From contig CAYPFW010000002.1 of assembly GCA_964410585.1 (NCBI GenBank), positions 78,207 to 142,206 of the forward strand: a stretch of 64,000 nt of DNA, given 5' to 3'. Below, in pieces: positions 63,178 to 64,000 of the stretch. Both the position numbers and the translations under genes were made by a program. How positions within the stretch are numbered: position 1 is the stretch's first letter; every line of letters starts with the position of its first letter. This DNA is from an uncultured archaeon (lineage in GTDB: Archaea; Aenigmatarchaeota; Aenigmatarchaeia; QMZP01; JACQNV01). The notes under the pieces were generated by a model, which saw nothing but the letters and a program-made list of their open reading frames with translations, did not search any database and was not told the DNA's origin.

Positions 63178-63657
63178 CTACATGTTCAGAATCCACATAA
63201 AGTAATTAAGAATAATTGCAAAGCTAACCCATGCTATGTATGGTATAAGGAGGTAAGCTGAATTTTTACTTATTTTCCAAAATTGTCTTATTGTTAAGAA
63301 AATGAAACCCCACAAAACGAATATCTCTATAAAAGAAATGAATGGGTTCCTCAAACCAAAGAACAGGAAAGACCATGTTATATTTAGCAGAAGTTGGACA
63401 GAAAAAAGGGATATTCCGGTTTTAACCTTTGGACTCTTGTAACCATCTTTAATAGTCAAATAGAGAGAAATTCCCATTAGAAGAAAAAGTGAGGTCCATA
63501 CCAAAGGGAAGACTGCGTTTGGTGGAATAAATGATGGCTTGGAAAGAGTAAGATACCACTCCCTCAATCCAGTGTATGTGAAAACAGCTCCCACAACACC
63601 TGCTAACTGACAGATAATAAGCGAAAGTATTAATTTGATGATGTTCTCAAGCTTCAT
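63178..63657 (-). CDS. tspO: TspO/MBR-family tryptophan-rich membrane protein
   Basis: Five TM helices; W-rich motifs (PLVWTSLFLLMG, WSFLFFG), the typical TspO pattern. Confidence 0.7.
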   Translation of the reverse strand: MKLENIIKLILSLIICQLAGVVGAVFTYTGLREWYLTLSKPSFIPPNAVFPLVWTSLFLLMGISLYLTIKDGYKSPKVKTGISLFSVQLLLNITWSFLFFGLRNPFISFIEIFVLWGFIFLTIRQFWKISKNSAYLLIPYIAWVSFAIILNYFMWILNM

Positions 63658-63765
63658 ACAATATTTATTTTGATCTGTTATAAATCACTGCTATTAATTA
63701 GGATAGCGGAAAATTGGAAAGCTGCTCTAGTTAATTGTATAAATACGCAATACAATACCCTTTCA

Positions 63766-64000
63766 TGACTGTTTATTCTCATTCTAGACTGTCGACATTT
63801 GAACATTGTCAGTACAAGTTTAAACTAAAATATTTGGATAAAGTGGAGACAGAAGTTGAAAAGACAGTAGAGGCTTTTCTAGGAACACTTGTCCATGAAA
63901 CTTTAGAAAAGCTCTATAAGGATTTGAAATTTGAAAAATTAAATAGTTTAGATGAGCTTTTAGATTGGTTTAATTCTGAATGGGCAAAAAGGTGGAACAG
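63766..64000 (+). CDS. PD-(D/E)XK nuclease-superfamily protein (RecB/Cas4-like N-terminal region), 3' end outside the window
   Basis: N-terminus YSHSRLSTFEHCQYKFKLKYLDKVE...GTLVHETLEKLY is typical of PD-(D/E)XK/AddB-type nucleases; truncated by the window end. Confidence 0.5.

Noticed and set aside
1-64000. CRISPR arrays, rRNA genes, transposases/IS elements, integrase genes
   Set aside because: I scanned for regularly spaced identical repeats, rRNA-like GC-rich kilobase blocks, and DDE or tyrosine-recombinase motifs and found none. The only repeat family is the five-copy intergenic element described above.

Overview
This is an AT-rich (about 32-35% GC) archaeal chromosomal segment. Archaeal identity rests on eL39/eL31/eS19 ribosomal proteins, aIF2-beta, aIF6, Rpp21, MC1 chromatin protein, G1P dehydrogenase, DGGGP synthase and a NFACT/Rqc2 homolog; the lineage is unknown (a small-genome DPANN-like or euryarchaeal organism is a guess). 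I call roughly 80 protein genes and 3 tRNA loci. The main blocks, left to right, are: a copper-efflux/metal-sensing block (PadR-TRASH regulator, CopA, BlaI/BlaR1-like pair); an envelope redox block (a triple thioredoxin-like protein, a VKOR-type thioredoxin, glutaredoxin); a class II ribonucleotide reductase with an NrdR-like N-terminus; two giant Cys-module surface proteins; the L11-L1-P0-P1 ribosomal cluster, interrupted by a Lon-like peptidase and preceded by a compositionally foreign three-gene operon; ftsZ; an ether-lipid biosynthesis cluster; an exopolysaccharide-type glycosyltransferase module; a translation/RNA-processing operon; and a tRNA-rich segment with an iron-uptake operon. The most notable non-coding observations are: (i) a previously unrecognised family of at least five intergenic elements with conserved ends and either a covarying short hairpin or a large GC-rich structured insert; (ii) a tRNA-Thr(CGU) gene with a 15-nt intron at a non-canonical position (30/31), supported by a good bulge-helix-bulge motif; (iii) a 131-nt tRNA-like locus whose acceptor halves are intact but separated by about 55 extra nucleotides, with at least one D-loop intron; (iv) two palindromic boxes upstream of the NrdR-fused RNR. 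No CRISPR array, rRNA or obvious transposase gene was seen.
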